In this document: piece by piece, positions 44,171 through 53,525 of the stretch
Position numbering within the stretch: position 1 is the stretch's first letter
How the letters are laid out: each line of letters starts with the position of its first letter
From: a virus
Lineage: Duplodnaviria > Caudoviricetes
Direction: 5' to 3' (one strand)
Virus record (IMG/VR): IMGVR_UViG_3300031772_007968
Coordinates: 1-55,946 of that record
Length of the DNA stretch: 55,946 nt
Program-made: the position numbers and the translations under genes
The notes under the pieces: generated by a model
Databases searched by the model: none
What the model was told of the DNA's origin: nothing
The model's input: only the letters and a program-made list of their open reading frames with translations

Positions 44171-44238
44171 GTTCCATCCTCCCCGTCTTATCATTCGACA
44201 GGAACGGTTCCTTACCCTCCCGAATGTATAATGACCCA

Positions 44239-44289
44239 ATGGAACCCCGTAATGCCATCTTGGGCGGCCGATGGGAGGATGTCCTACCA
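44239..44289 (+). pseudogene. Stranded 5' remnant of the DNA methyltransferase
   Basis: MEPRNAILGGRWEDVLP versus MENVIINAKWEDALP (45357); preceded by TATAAT 44227-44232. Confidence 0.65.
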
Positions 44290-44305
44290 ATCCCGGCTCC
44301 ATACA

Positions 44306-44333
44306 GCTCTGTGTGGCTCTGTGTGGCTCTGTG
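44306..44333. repeat. 10-bp tandem repeat (gctctgtgtg, 2.8 copies)
   Basis: Read directly; at the left boundary of the AT-rich insert. Confidence 0.85.
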
Positions 44334-44475
44334 GTGGCAGTCTAGTCAAGACGGTGTCTTGGGCATTGGAAAACTTTAGGTTGTAGACTACCGAACGAAT
44401 ACGTCAGCAATCGGCTATCCAACCAAGAATGGGATATGACGGGCAACAAGGGGGCAATTCATTTTGATCACAAGC

Positions 44476-45114
44476 TTACTGGAAAAGATCAGAATGAGTA
44501 TTGGTAGATTTCTTAAAGGCCGTCCATTCATCTTCTGTCATATCCGCCTTGGCTCTGTTTTCGAACCAAGAGACAAATCTCAAGTTTTCAAGGCAAAAGG
44601 TTCCTCCCTTGCTCCGCGGATGAATGTGGTCTATTGATGGGTAGAGCCATTTGTTTTTGCCGCTGTTTATCCACAATGAATATAACTTTACAAACGAAGG
44701 ATCATTGTAGAATTTGTCTACAAACACCCATCTGTTGATGCTTTGAGATCTGACGGCCTGAATGTGTCTGGTTGTTACTTTGGTCAAGAATATGAGTCGG
44801 TCAAAGTCGGTATATTTAGTGAAATCAATGTCGGTCTTGAGTTTGATGATCATTTGTTCTTGTCTGAAGGCTAATGACATTTTTTTGCCCTTGCTCCACG
44901 GGATCAATCCTTTATGAGCAATGGATATCTTATTGCGAGTCGCTTGACTCATGGGTCTTCTTATGCGGGCGGCCCCGTCTATAGGAATACCATTTTTGAT
45001 AAGGACTCTTTTTATGCTGTGGTGATTGGTTCCAAAATGACTAGCTATCCGACGCAGTGTCCATTTTCCAACATCATAAAGTTCAACGATTTGCTGTTCT
45101 AATGTGATGTTCAT
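44476..45114 (-). mobile_element. HTH-NUMOD3-HNH homing endonuclease
   Basis: TLRRIASHFG; MSQATRNKISIAHKG..PWSKGKKMS; SIDHIHPRSKGG...NLRFVSWFENRAK; AT-rich. Confidence 0.85.
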
Positions 45115-45131
45115 TTTCCCTCAATCTTGGT

Positions 45132-45263
45132 TTAGATAGATGGTTTTCGCTCTTTGTCCCAATATGCCGAATGACATTTTGGACAAAGTACAATTTCACG
45201 CTTTCTAGGAACCCATTTATGGCCGCACCGTTTGCAGTTAACAAATCTAATATTGAATCTCAT
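45132..45263 (-). CDS. 43-aa Zn-ribbon microprotein (not in ORF track)
   Basis: MRFNIRFVNCKRCGHKWVPRKREIVLCPKCHSAYWDKERKPSI; TATAAT 7 nt upstream. Confidence 0.75.
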   Translation of the reverse strand: MRFNIRFVNCKRCGHKWVPRKREIVLCPKCHSAYWDKERKPSI

Positions 45264-45356
45264 ATTCCTTATTATACTCAGTGATTATGATCATATCCTC
45301 TTTTCTAAAAATCTTTTGATACATATTAGCCAGTATCGCTATAATGGTGGGGTAAT

Positions 45357-46157
45357 ATGGAAAACGTAATAATTAACGCAAAATGGGAAGATGCGTTACC
45401 CCACTTACCATCTGGCTCCGTTGATTTGGTATGTATGGATCCTCCTTATGGAGTGACCCCAGCCACATGGGATGTCAGGCCGGATTGGAATCTATTGATG
45501 TCCGAATTGGGCAGAGTGTGCGGTGATACTGGCCAATGCTGGTGTTTTGTCCGGATGCCATGGGCTATGGATGTGTATTTGGCCTCAATATCAAATGGAT
45601 GGGTTTGGGGCCAAGAAATAATCTGGGAGAAACAGAACGCCGGCGGCTGCACCGTTGGTACCTTCAGGAAGGTCCACGAGAACATATGGAACTTCAAGCG
45701 GAAAAACGCCAGGACGTTCAATCTGGAGGCCATACGAGTCCCGAAGACCACCCACGGCGACAAGTCCGTCAAAAGGAGGAAGGACTCGACGACGCAGTTC
45801 CTAGGGGCGAACAACAGCTCATATTCCGACGACGGGATGCGGCTTCCGCGCAGCGTCGTGCGCTGCAGGAACATACACAGATCCGAGGAATCGCTCGGAC
45901 ATCCGACGCAGAAGCCGCTTGACGTGGTGATCCCATTCGTCCTCTATTCTTCGAACCCCGGGGACCTCGTGGTTGACCCGTTCTGCGGGACAGGAACATC
46001 CCTTGTAGCAGCCAAGATGTATGCCAGAAGGTGGATCGGCGTCGAGAACGACCCGCAATGGCTCAAGGTGGCCCAGGAGAGGCTGAATTCGACGGCCGTT
46101 TTGGATCACAAGCCGACGGTCGGGACACAAGGAGAAAGCGACCTTTTTGCCGAATGA
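45357..46157 (+). CDS. Beta-class N4/N6 DNA methyltransferase
   Basis: DPPY, EIIWEK, HPTQKP, VVDPFCGTGT. Confidence 0.92.
   Translation: MENVIINAKWEDALPHLPSGSVDLVCMDPPYGVTPATWDVRPDWNLLMSELGRVCGDTGQCWCFVRMPWAMDVYLASISNGWVWGQEIIWEKQNAGGCTVGTFRKVHENIWNFKRKNARTFNLEAIRVPKTTHGDKSVKRRKDSTTQFLGANNSSYSDDGMRLPRSVVRCRNIHRSEESLGHPTQKPLDVVIPFVLYSSNPGDLVVDPFCGTGTSLVAAKMYARRWIGVENDPQWLKVAQERLNSTAVLDHKPTVGTQGESDLFAE
46129..46156 (+). promoter_or_regulatory. AAGG-N19-GAATG motif
   Basis: At the methyltransferase 3' end, upstream of 46193. Confidence 0.6.
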
Positions 46158-46192
46158 TAGTTTGCGGCATGTGAACCGCAGGAGAAACGTTT

Positions 46193-46465
46193 ATGAAGAA
46201 AATGATCAAGGAAGACGGCAAGGTGGTTCTGACGATGTCGAAGGCCGAATGGGAAAAGATCGGAAAGGACAAGGGATGGGGCATGGAGGCTCAGGAGCTT
46301 GAGAAGAGCGCACAGGCGTCTCCGAAGGCCGAACAGGCTCCCGAAGCCCCGGAAGCTTCGCCTGCGGCAATGGTGGTCTGCAAGGTGTGCAGCTACGCCA
46401 ACAGGCCCGAGGCGTTCGGAGCAGGATCGTGTCCGAAATGCGGATCCACGTTCCTTGACAGGTAA
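46193..46465 (+). CDS. Small Zn-ribbon protein with SKAEWEKIG motif
   Basis: AGGAG RBS; CKVC...CPKCG. Confidence 0.7.
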   Translation: MKKMIKEDGKVVLTMSKAEWEKIGKDKGWGMEAQELEKSAQASPKAEQAPEAPEASPAAMVVCKVCSYANRPEAFGAGSCPKCGSTFLDR

Positions 46466-46776
46466 TGTCCCCCTTGCACGGTGATTCGATGTGGATGGCT
46501 ACTCTCGACGACGGCACTGTCGTGGGGGAACGCGACCGCGGATGGGGTGAAATCCGCAGCCGCGTCGTCCGCCTCAGCCTCGTCTCCAACGGCAGGCAGT
46601 TCAGCCTGCCAGACCGGCAACCCGAATATATGCAGGCTAAGACGGCCAGCGTGCCGCTGGCCGGCGGAGTCGCCGAAATAGAGAGCCGGTGGATCGCATG
46701 CCGCACCGCTGGAGGCTCAGTGGTTAGGCTAAGGGTTGACGAGAAAACCGGCAACGCTTCCATAGAGGTGGAATGA
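46465..46776 (+). CDS. Hypothetical protein
   Basis: Coupled ORF; W.ATLDDGT. Confidence 0.6.
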   Translation: MSPLHGDSMWMATLDDGTVVGERDRGWGEIRSRVVRLSLVSNGRQFSLPDRQPEYMQAKTASVPLAGGVAEIESRWIACRTAGGSVVRLRVDEKTGNASIEVE

Positions 46777-46777
46777 G

Positions 46778-47284
46778 ATGTCCTCTTCCTCAGAATCTTC
46801 GTTCTCTGTGTCGTCTTCGTCGTCGCTCGGCGAACTCGCCGTTACGGTAAGGACGCGAGAATGGGACCCCGTTTCCAAGACGGTGGTGTCGGATGACGCC
46901 TCGGCCGTCTTCTTCGGCCCAGTCGCGCTTCAGTCCAAGAGCCCCATCAGGGTCGTGAACATGGTTGTCGAGGGGGCGTCCCAGGTCGCCAACGTCAAGA
47001 TAGGCCTGACTCGCGTCAACGACGGCAGCTATCCGGTGAACCAGACGTTCTTCATAGGGGTCTTCGACTCCCTTGACGACGTTGTGGAGCCGACCATTCC
47101 GTTCCCTGGTGTCAACTGGCGCGAGCACAACGACGACCCGAACAACATATCGGTCGGCCTGAAAACCGGCTCTCGATTTGAGTCCAAGTTCGTAGCCATC
47201 ATGGAAAAGGCTCCGCCTAGGCCTTGCGGGCCGGTGCGGTGCTCGTTCGAATGGTTCTTCGAATTCGTTTACGAAAAGGAATAG
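46778..47284 (+). CDS. Hypothetical beta-rich protein with N-terminal poly-Ser
   Basis: MSSSSESSFSVSSSSSLG; GAGG RBS. Confidence 0.7.
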   Translation: MSSSSESSFSVSSSSSLGELAVTVRTREWDPVSKTVVSDDASAVFFGPVALQSKSPIRVVNMVVEGASQVANVKIGLTRVNDGSYPVNQTFFIGVFDSLDDVVEPTIPFPGVNWREHNDDPNNISVGLKTGSRFESKFVAIMEKAPPRPCGPVRCSFEWFFEFVYEKE

Positions 47285-47296
47285 GCTGGGCAAGAC

Positions 47297-47767
47297 ATGC
47301 AGAATGAAAAGAACGTGAAAGCTGGAACCGCTCCGAAGACGCTGATTGACACGAGGAAGGAGCAGATCTCGGCCCTGATTCGCATAAGGCCGTGCGAGGC
47401 GGTTTCAGTAGCCAAAAAGCTAGTCGGCGAATATCCCGACGACGATGACGCTCTCGTGCTGTGTCTGAGCACGGCCGCGAAAGCCGAGATGCTGGGTGTT
47501 ACCGGATCGATGTCTGAGGAGCTGAGCGGGCTGGCGCAAAAGGCGTCCGAAAGGCGTTTCTTCAACCCCGACCTGCTGTCGCTGTCGGTCGCCTCCAAGG
47601 TGCTGACTGGCAAGGCTCTGGCATGCGACGACATGGCTCTGCTACGGAGGGCTTATGCCCTTGACCCGCGAATAACGAATGTGACGATGAGGGCTGTGCG
47701 CGACAGGCTGTCCGGAGACGAGCGGAAGGCTGTCGAGGCCATTGTCGGAACGGAGGATGTCTTGTGA
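47297..47767 (+). CDS. Hypothetical helical protein
   Basis: 156-aa ORF in the operon. Confidence 0.65.
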   Translation: MQNEKNVKAGTAPKTLIDTRKEQISALIRIRPCEAVSVAKKLVGEYPDDDDALVLCLSTAAKAEMLGVTGSMSEELSGLAQKASERRFFNPDLLSLSVASKVLTGKALACDDMALLRRAYALDPRITNVTMRAVRDRLSGDERKAVEAIVGTEDVL

Positions 47768-48414
47768 AAATATCGGTGGCGTCAAAAACCGAACTGGATG
47801 CCGTCCAGCTCGCCACGTTTGCCGACTCCATAAGGCTTTCCCGACACGACAACGGCGACGGGATGGACAAGGAGATGTTGCGTCTCATAGACAACCTCCC
47901 GTCCCGCCAGGCCATACTCACAACGATGGACGACGCTGAACTGTCTCTTCTGCAGAGATCCGTCGGATACATATGGCGCAAGCTGACTGGCAAGAGCATC
48001 CAGACCATGGACATGTCGGCGAACCCGTCGTCGAAGACGTTGGACGGCTGTTATTGGATGCTCCCAGGAGGGGTGATGCTCCATGGGTTGAACCATTTCA
48101 GCACCGCCAAGGATCACAGGGACATCATATGCTCCATTCTGGGAATCAACCCGTTCATCTTCGAGCACAAGCTGTCCTCCGACCCAGAGGGCCTCGTCGG
48201 CCTTGTTGTGTCGCATGGCGGCGTCAGGGTCCTTGCCGACAGGAACAAGTCCTCCGTCTACATGCAGGTCAACGAGAAGTCGTGGCCGTGGGCTAGGGAC
48301 AAGGCTCAGCGGATGTATCACAAGAACAAGGTCATCAAGATCCTCGACCTCTCTCAGCCGTACCTCGGCTGGGAATCAGGCGTCTCCGTGATAATCAAGA
48401 GGCCGCGGAGCTGA
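47764..48414 (+). CDS. Hypothetical protein
   Basis: GTGA overlap; GGAGG RBS; YWMLPGG...NHF. Confidence 0.7.
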   Translation: MKISVASKTELDAVQLATFADSIRLSRHDNGDGMDKEMLRLIDNLPSRQAILTTMDDAELSLLQRSVGYIWRKLTGKSIQTMDMSANPSSKTLDGCYWMLPGGVMLHGLNHFSTAKDHRDIICSILGINPFIFEHKLSSDPEGLVGLVVSHGGVRVLADRNKSSVYMQVNEKSWPWARDKAQRMYHKNKVIKILDLSQPYLGWESGVSVIIKRPRS

Positions 48415-48435
48415 CGCGGTTGTATAATCCCCTGC

Positions 48436-49854
48436 ATGGCACCCATGAAGTCCGCATATGAACTGGCCTGGGAAGGCTCCGCTTTGGCCCGGAAGGGCGA
48501 ACGCAACGAGCCTGCCGAGGAGCCCGCAAGCAGATTCGTCGACGACCTGCCCCGCAACTTGTGCGGCTCAAGGAAGGAGATGGACGAGGCGATCAAGGAA
48601 AAGAAGCTTGACGAACTGAAGCAGAAACAGGCTCGCTTGGCCGAACGCGCAATGCTCGACATGGCCAACCATCCGAAGCCTAGGCCTCCCGCTAGGAGCA
48701 AGCTGGAGGTCACCTACGCCGGCCCGTTCCTGTCCAACAGCGGGTTTTCAAGGATGAACAGGGAAATCGCGTTCCGTCTCAGGACGAGGGGCGTCAGGGT
48801 AAAGGTCGAGACAACTGGCGAACAGGAACAGGTGTCCGCCTCCGACGCCAAGATGATCGGAGCCATGACGCGCGAAACGACGTCCGGCAAGGAGCCGAAG
48901 ATCTTCGGCATGACGATCCCGTCGCTAATGGCTCACGGCGGCAGGAAGATACTTTACACCATGGTCGAGAGCTCAAACGCCGTGCACCCCGAATATGCCG
49001 AAAGGGTCAACCTTGGCAGCGAGGCGTGGGTCCCCAGCCAGTACCTCAAGGACATCATGGAACGGAGCGGCGTCAACGTGCCCATCAGCGTCATGCCGCT
49101 GGGCGTCGACCAGAACACGTTCCGTGCCGACACGACTCCGATGCAGCTCCCGCCGTATGTGAAGTCGTTCCGGTTCCTCAGCGTCTTCTGGTGGGGCCTC
49201 AGGAAGGGCTACGACATCCTGCTGAAGGCCTACCTAAGGGAGTTCTCTGCGGATGACGACGTCTCCCTCATCATATCGTCGAAGCTTAACAAGGGGAGGG
49301 CTCCCGAGCCCGACGACATCGTTGAGAAAATCAGGCTGTATGTTCGGGCGTCGAAAAACCCCAACCCGCCTCACGTCATGCTTCAGAACGAGATGCTCAC
49401 CGACGGGCAGCTTGCGTCGCTCTACACGGCCTGCTCGGCCTTCGTCCTCATGTCCAGAGGCGAGGGGTTCGGCCTGCCCATCCTTGAGGCCGCCGCATGC
49501 GGCCTTCCGGTAATCACCACGAACTGCACAGCCCAGTCGTCCTACCTTTCGGCGGACGAGGCGTTCCTCATCGATCCGGAGGGCTACGAGACGAGCGTGG
49601 CGACGGGAGGATCGGCGTCCGACATGGCCAAAAGCTGCAGATGGTACGAGAACCAGCAGTTCCCGATTTTCAGGGACAAAACGATAACCGAACTCGGAAG
49701 GGTCATGAGATCGATCTACGAGGGCAAGTCGCAGGCGACGGCGAAGGCGGCTAAACTCCGCCGAAAGGTCGTTGAGACCATGACTTGGGACGACACGGTT
49801 GACAGGATATTGGAAAGGCTTTCGGAACTTGCTGAAAAGGAGGAACGGAAATGA
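48436..49854 (+). CDS. GT4-family glycosyltransferase
   Basis: WVPSQY, PLGVD, RKGYDILLKAY, SRGEGFGLPILEAAACGLPVITT; TATAAT (48423-48428) 7 nt upstream. Confidence 0.92.
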   Translation: MAPMKSAYELAWEGSALARKGERNEPAEEPASRFVDDLPRNLCGSRKEMDEAIKEKKLDELKQKQARLAERAMLDMANHPKPRPPARSKLEVTYAGPFLSNSGFSRMNREIAFRLRTRGVRVKVETTGEQEQVSASDAKMIGAMTRETTSGKEPKIFGMTIPSLMAHGGRKILYTMVESSNAVHPEYAERVNLGSEAWVPSQYLKDIMERSGVNVPISVMPLGVDQNTFRADTTPMQLPPYVKSFRFLSVFWWGLRKGYDILLKAYLREFSADDDVSLIISSKLNKGRAPEPDDIVEKIRLYVRASKNPNPPHVMLQNEMLTDGQLASLYTACSAFVLMSRGEGFGLPILEAAACGLPVITTNCTAQSSYLSADEAFLIDPEGYETSVATGGSASDMAKSCRWYENQQFPIFRDKTITELGRVMRSIYEGKSQATAKAAKLRRKVVETMTWDDTVDRILERLSELAEKEERK

Positions 49855-50918
49855 ACTGCATGGTGATGTGCGAAATTACGCTGAGCAAGAAGCTGGAGAA
49901 GTTCGTCGAGCCAGGGGAACCGGTATCCATACACATCGACTCGATCCGCGGCAACAGGGGAAGGGGCATGATGAGGATAGTCCTTCCCGAGGGCATCGGC
50001 CCAGCGGCACTTAATTCCGTCGGCGAAACCAGCCTCATATTCAAGGTGGTTTCGGCCGAGGAGGACACTCCCAGCATCGGGTCTGGCCATCCAAACATCA
50101 GCATGTTTAGCGGGTCGGCCAACGTTGACGGAAAATCGGCCCTTGAGAAGAAGATGTTGGCTCATGCGGATGCAGACTCCAGCCTTGGTGATCCTCATCC
50201 GATGAGCAAGGTTCAGCCGCAGCCTCTTCCTCCGGAAGTAAGGCAGCCGAGCCCTCAGGCGCGCGAGCAGCCTGTTGTCGGCGGAATTCCACCAGTCCAA
50301 AGGCCGCAGCCCCAACCCCAGAGGCGGCCGGAGGCGATTGACGACGCAAAAGCCGTGATGTCATACGACGACCTCATGGCGGCGGTCGCCGAGGTTAGGG
50401 ACATTGACAGGGAAGTCGTCGTTCCCAAGGCTGGGATGAGCAAGGAAGCCCGCGAGGCGGCAATATCCGCCTTCAAGAACATCCCAAGGATGTCCACACA
50501 CGTCTATGTCAAGAACCTGCTCAAGAGCTGTCTGGTCATACAGGACATGCCCCTGAGCGAGCAGTCATCCGTCTGCTTCCAGCCGGGCGAGGCGTGCGAC
50601 CTATCTCGCTTCCCAGCCAAGCTGGTCAGGGACAGCAACGACCTGAGATGGTGCATCGAAACCGGCAAGATCGGCTTCTCAACCAGAGCTGAATATGTGA
50701 AGTATTACGAGTCAATGTCCGGCCAGCACGACGACGGGAGGGGCCTCAAGGTCTTCGGGTCGCGGCGCGAAGCCGAAAGGGGAATGGGTATGGGCGACGC
50801 CCCGTCCGTCGAGGACGACGGGAAGACGATAGACGTCGAGGACAGGGACGGGGAGGTGCCTTTCGGGGACGACAGGGGTATGGAAAGCCTCCTGAAGACC
50901 ATGCCGACTCAGAAGTGA
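49851..50918 (+). CDS. Hypothetical protein
   Basis: ATGA overlap; AGGAGG RBS. Confidence 0.75.
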   Translation: MNCMVMCEITLSKKLEKFVEPGEPVSIHIDSIRGNRGRGMMRIVLPEGIGPAALNSVGETSLIFKVVSAEEDTPSIGSGHPNISMFSGSANVDGKSALEKKMLAHADADSSLGDPHPMSKVQPQPLPPEVRQPSPQAREQPVVGGIPPVQRPQPQPQRRPEAIDDAKAVMSYDDLMAAVAEVRDIDREVVVPKAGMSKEAREAAISAFKNIPRMSTHVYVKNLLKSCLVIQDMPLSEQSSVCFQPGEACDLSRFPAKLVRDSNDLRWCIETGKIGFSTRAEYVKYYESMSGQHDDGRGLKVFGSRREAERGMGMGDAPSVEDDGKTIDVEDRDGEVPFGDDRGMESLLKTMPTQK

Positions 50919-50965
50919 TTGCCGCCTAGGGCATAAGACGGGGTCGTCTAACCTGAAAGTTGAAA

Positions 50966-50993
50966 AAGGTTTGACGGCCCCTTTTCGTGAATA
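50966..50993 (+). promoter_or_regulatory. AAGG-N19-GAATA motif
   Basis: Upstream of 51052. Confidence 0.7.
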
Positions 50994-51051
50994 AGAGGGG
51001 AGAAGAACCGTTCCGTTTGAGCTGCGGTCTTATGAAAACAAGGAGTTGGCC

Positions 51052-51798
51052 ATGTCGATAAATTTCTATCCCGACAGCGTTGTGAAAATGAGGACCCACG
51101 TCGTCGACAAGCTTCAGAAGCCCGACGTGCTGTATTCGTTCAGGGGGATGCAGGACATCACCGCGACCCCGCTCAACGTGACATGCTGGAGTCCGAGGAG
51201 CTGGGAGATCAGGCGCGTGAGCCTGCATTTCAGCAACGCCGTCGCGAAGACGTATCTCGGCGCCATCGCCATAGATGCGGGGGTTGTCACCGGAAAGAAC
51301 GACACCATATGGTTCAGGCCGAACACAACCGGATCCCAGAACATCGTCCTGAACCAGGGCGTCTACACCGGCACGACGCTGGCGGCCGAACTGAAGGCCA
51401 GGTTGGACGCCAACGCCGCATTCGTCGCACAGGGCGCAACTCCGTTCACGGTCAGCTACGCCGCGTCGACCGGCCTCTTCACAATAACGGCGAACGGAGG
51501 GAAGACGTTCTCATATGACAACGTCAATGTCACAGTCCCCATGAACCGCAACAGCAGGGCCGGGAACCTGTTCGGCCTAACCGCGGATGTTGGCCCGGCG
51601 GCATCCATCACCAGCGACACCCCCGTGATGGGTCTCGGGCAGCTGACAGGATACATAGTCGGTTCAGCCTCAACCGACACTGACATCGTGGCAACGGATG
51701 TTGTCTCGATGACGGTTGACAACGCTTTCGTGCTGACAGCAAACACCGTCGCAGCAACGGTCGCATACGAGGTGGTCTACAAGGTTCTGGACGTTTAA
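51052..51798 (+). CDS. Putative virion structural protein (Thr/Val/Gly-rich beta protein)
   Basis: AAGGAG RBS; GVYTGTTLAAELKARL...FTVSY..STGLFTIT. Confidence 0.65.
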   Translation: MSINFYPDSVVKMRTHVVDKLQKPDVLYSFRGMQDITATPLNVTCWSPRSWEIRRVSLHFSNAVAKTYLGAIAIDAGVVTGKNDTIWFRPNTTGSQNIVLNQGVYTGTTLAAELKARLDANAAFVAQGATPFTVSYAASTGLFTITANGGKTFSYDNVNVTVPMNRNSRAGNLFGLTADVGPAASITSDTPVMGLGQLTGYIVGSASTDTDIVATDVVSMTVDNAFVLTANTVAATVAYEVVYKVLDV

Positions 51799-51820
51799 CG
51801 CGAGATCGGAAGACAGCGCT

Positions 51821-52810
51821 ATGACTTTGGACTCCTTTGAGGAACAGTATCGGAGCTTCTTCGACAGGGCTCCCGCGATGATATGGCACGTCAGGGAAGA
51901 CGGGGTCATCATCCGAGCCAATCCGGCCGCCCTGTCAACGTTCCAGATGCAGGCATCCGAGGTGGAGGGGCACAACATCTGCGACATATTCATCCCAGGG
52001 GAGACCGAATTCTGCGGCAACTACAGGATGGTCCTCGAAACGGGGGAGGCGGCTCAGGGAGGGGTCGAACTTGTGAAGGCGTCCAACGGGACCGAAAAAT
52101 GGGTCATGTCCAGCATGGCTCCCTACAAGACCGAGAACGGGGCCGTTGTAGCCATCTGCATATTCGCGGTTGACCTTACGGAGCAGAAAACCGCCGAATG
52201 CAAGCTCAGGAAGAGCAGCAGGTCGCTTGAAAAGGCCAATAGGATCCTCAGGCTGGAATCCAACCTGTCAAGGGCCATACTCGAGGAGGATTTCGTTGAC
52301 GTCCACGAGACCCTTGAGGATGTCGGAACGAAACTCGGCTTGAATTCGGCGTTCCTGTACCGGATGGAACGGAATGACGCCATCCTGTCGTGTTATTGGG
52401 AGACTACCGGGCTGAGGCAGTTCCCCGAACGCATCAGCCTTGGAGAATCGGCAAGAGGGGTGCTCGACTGGACGATCGACGGCAAGCCGGTGTGGGGCAA
52501 GCCAGCCAAGCTTCCCGCGGAGGTCAAGCCCCTGATCACCCCCGAAATCGAGGGGATAGTCGGCACGGCCGTCCTCATACCGATAGCGTTCCCAGACGAC
52601 AGCCTCTGCGTGATGGGCTTCGGCACCGTCAACGGACGCTACTGGAGCGAGGAGGAGGTCAAGGCTCTGTACGGCCTTGGAAGGCTGATAGCCCTGCTTG
52701 TCAAGGCGTCCCAGAGGAACCGAGAGATGCTTTCGATGATGACGAGCAAGTTTTCCGAAATATCTAGCATTTTGGAGGCTGTCAAGCCGGTGCACGAATA
52801 TGCTGAGTAA
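51821..52810 (+). CDS. PAS-GAF sensor protein without output domain
   Basis: EQYRSFFDRAP.MIW...DG.IIRANPA, PAC ...AVDLTEQK.AE, GAF ...MGFG...RYWSEEEV..L. Confidence 0.82.
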   Translation: MTLDSFEEQYRSFFDRAPAMIWHVREDGVIIRANPAALSTFQMQASEVEGHNICDIFIPGETEFCGNYRMVLETGEAAQGGVELVKASNGTEKWVMSSMAPYKTENGAVVAICIFAVDLTEQKTAECKLRKSSRSLEKANRILRLESNLSRAILEEDFVDVHETLEDVGTKLGLNSAFLYRMERNDAILSCYWETTGLRQFPERISLGESARGVLDWTIDGKPVWGKPAKLPAEVKPLITPEIEGIVGTAVLIPIAFPDDSLCVMGFGTVNGRYWSEEEVKALYGLGRLIALLVKASQRNREMLSMMTSKFSEISSILEAVKPVHEYAE

Positions 52811-53525
52811 CAATGACGTCCAGCTTTTTTACAGGCTTTTGGATTCGCTGGGAAGTTCCCTCAAGGAGCTCGCGGTCAAGTACGAGCTTCTGGTCAGGGC
52901 TTCCGACGGTAACGCCAAGGGCACGGCCGACCTGTCCAAGGATGTCGCCGGGCTCGAGCGGTCATTCGACAGGATAGAGGGATCCCTCGGTGAGTCGAAG
53001 GAAAAAATATCGTCGGGGTTTGCCGCTGTCGAGAAGGCGATCGAGAAATGCAACAACGACATATCGGAAATAAAGGAGGTGGCGACAAGGATATACAGTT
53101 CCGGCGAAATCAGGTCCCAACAGATCTCCGAGATCGTAAGCACGATCAGGCACCTTGACGGCCATATGGACGGGTACAACGAGATGCTCGGGAAAATAGA
53201 CGGGAAGGTCGGGGACGCAAGCGGGGTTGCTGGTGAGATGAAGGCCGTCCGCCAAGAGCTTGAGCCGGTCATAGCCATGTCGAAGGTTCTGAGGGGCCCG
53301 TTGGAGGCGGCGAAGGAACACCTCAAGAAGCCGGCAACCATCCTTCTGGCTGTTTACGTCCTGTTCGCATCAATAATCGCCTTCTCTAAGATGACTTCGT
53401 GGATATGGGATAGGATCCCTGAGATCAGGAAAGCCAATGTGTCGGCGCATTCGGCAACGAATGCTGTGGTGAATGCGGCGACGAACGCCGCGGTTAGCTC
53501 GAACGTGGTCGCGAGACCCAGATAA
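52800..53525 (+). CDS. Coiled-coil protein with a C-terminal transmembrane helix
   Basis: Heptad-rich; ILLAVYVLFASIIAF; overlaps the PAS-GAF stop. Confidence 0.7.
   Translation: MLSNNDVQLFYRLLDSLGSSLKELAVKYELLVRASDGNAKGTADLSKDVAGLERSFDRIEGSLGESKEKISSGFAAVEKAIEKCNNDISEIKEVATRIYSSGEIRSQQISEIVSTIRHLDGHMDGYNEMLGKIDGKVGDASGVAGEMKAVRQELEPVIAMSKVLRGPLEAAKEHLKKPATILLAVYVLFASIIAFSKMTSWIWDRIPEIRKANVSAHSATNAVVNAATNAAVSSNVVARPR

Noticed and set aside
44290-45356. Group I intron in the methyltransferase
   Set aside because: The internal ORFs are antisense, no P/Q/R/S core was recognised, and the downstream gene has its own duplicated start.
45357-46157. Restriction-modification pair (HNH plus methyltransferase)
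   Set aside because: The NUMOD3-HNH architecture and stranded stub fit a homing element better; not fully excluded.
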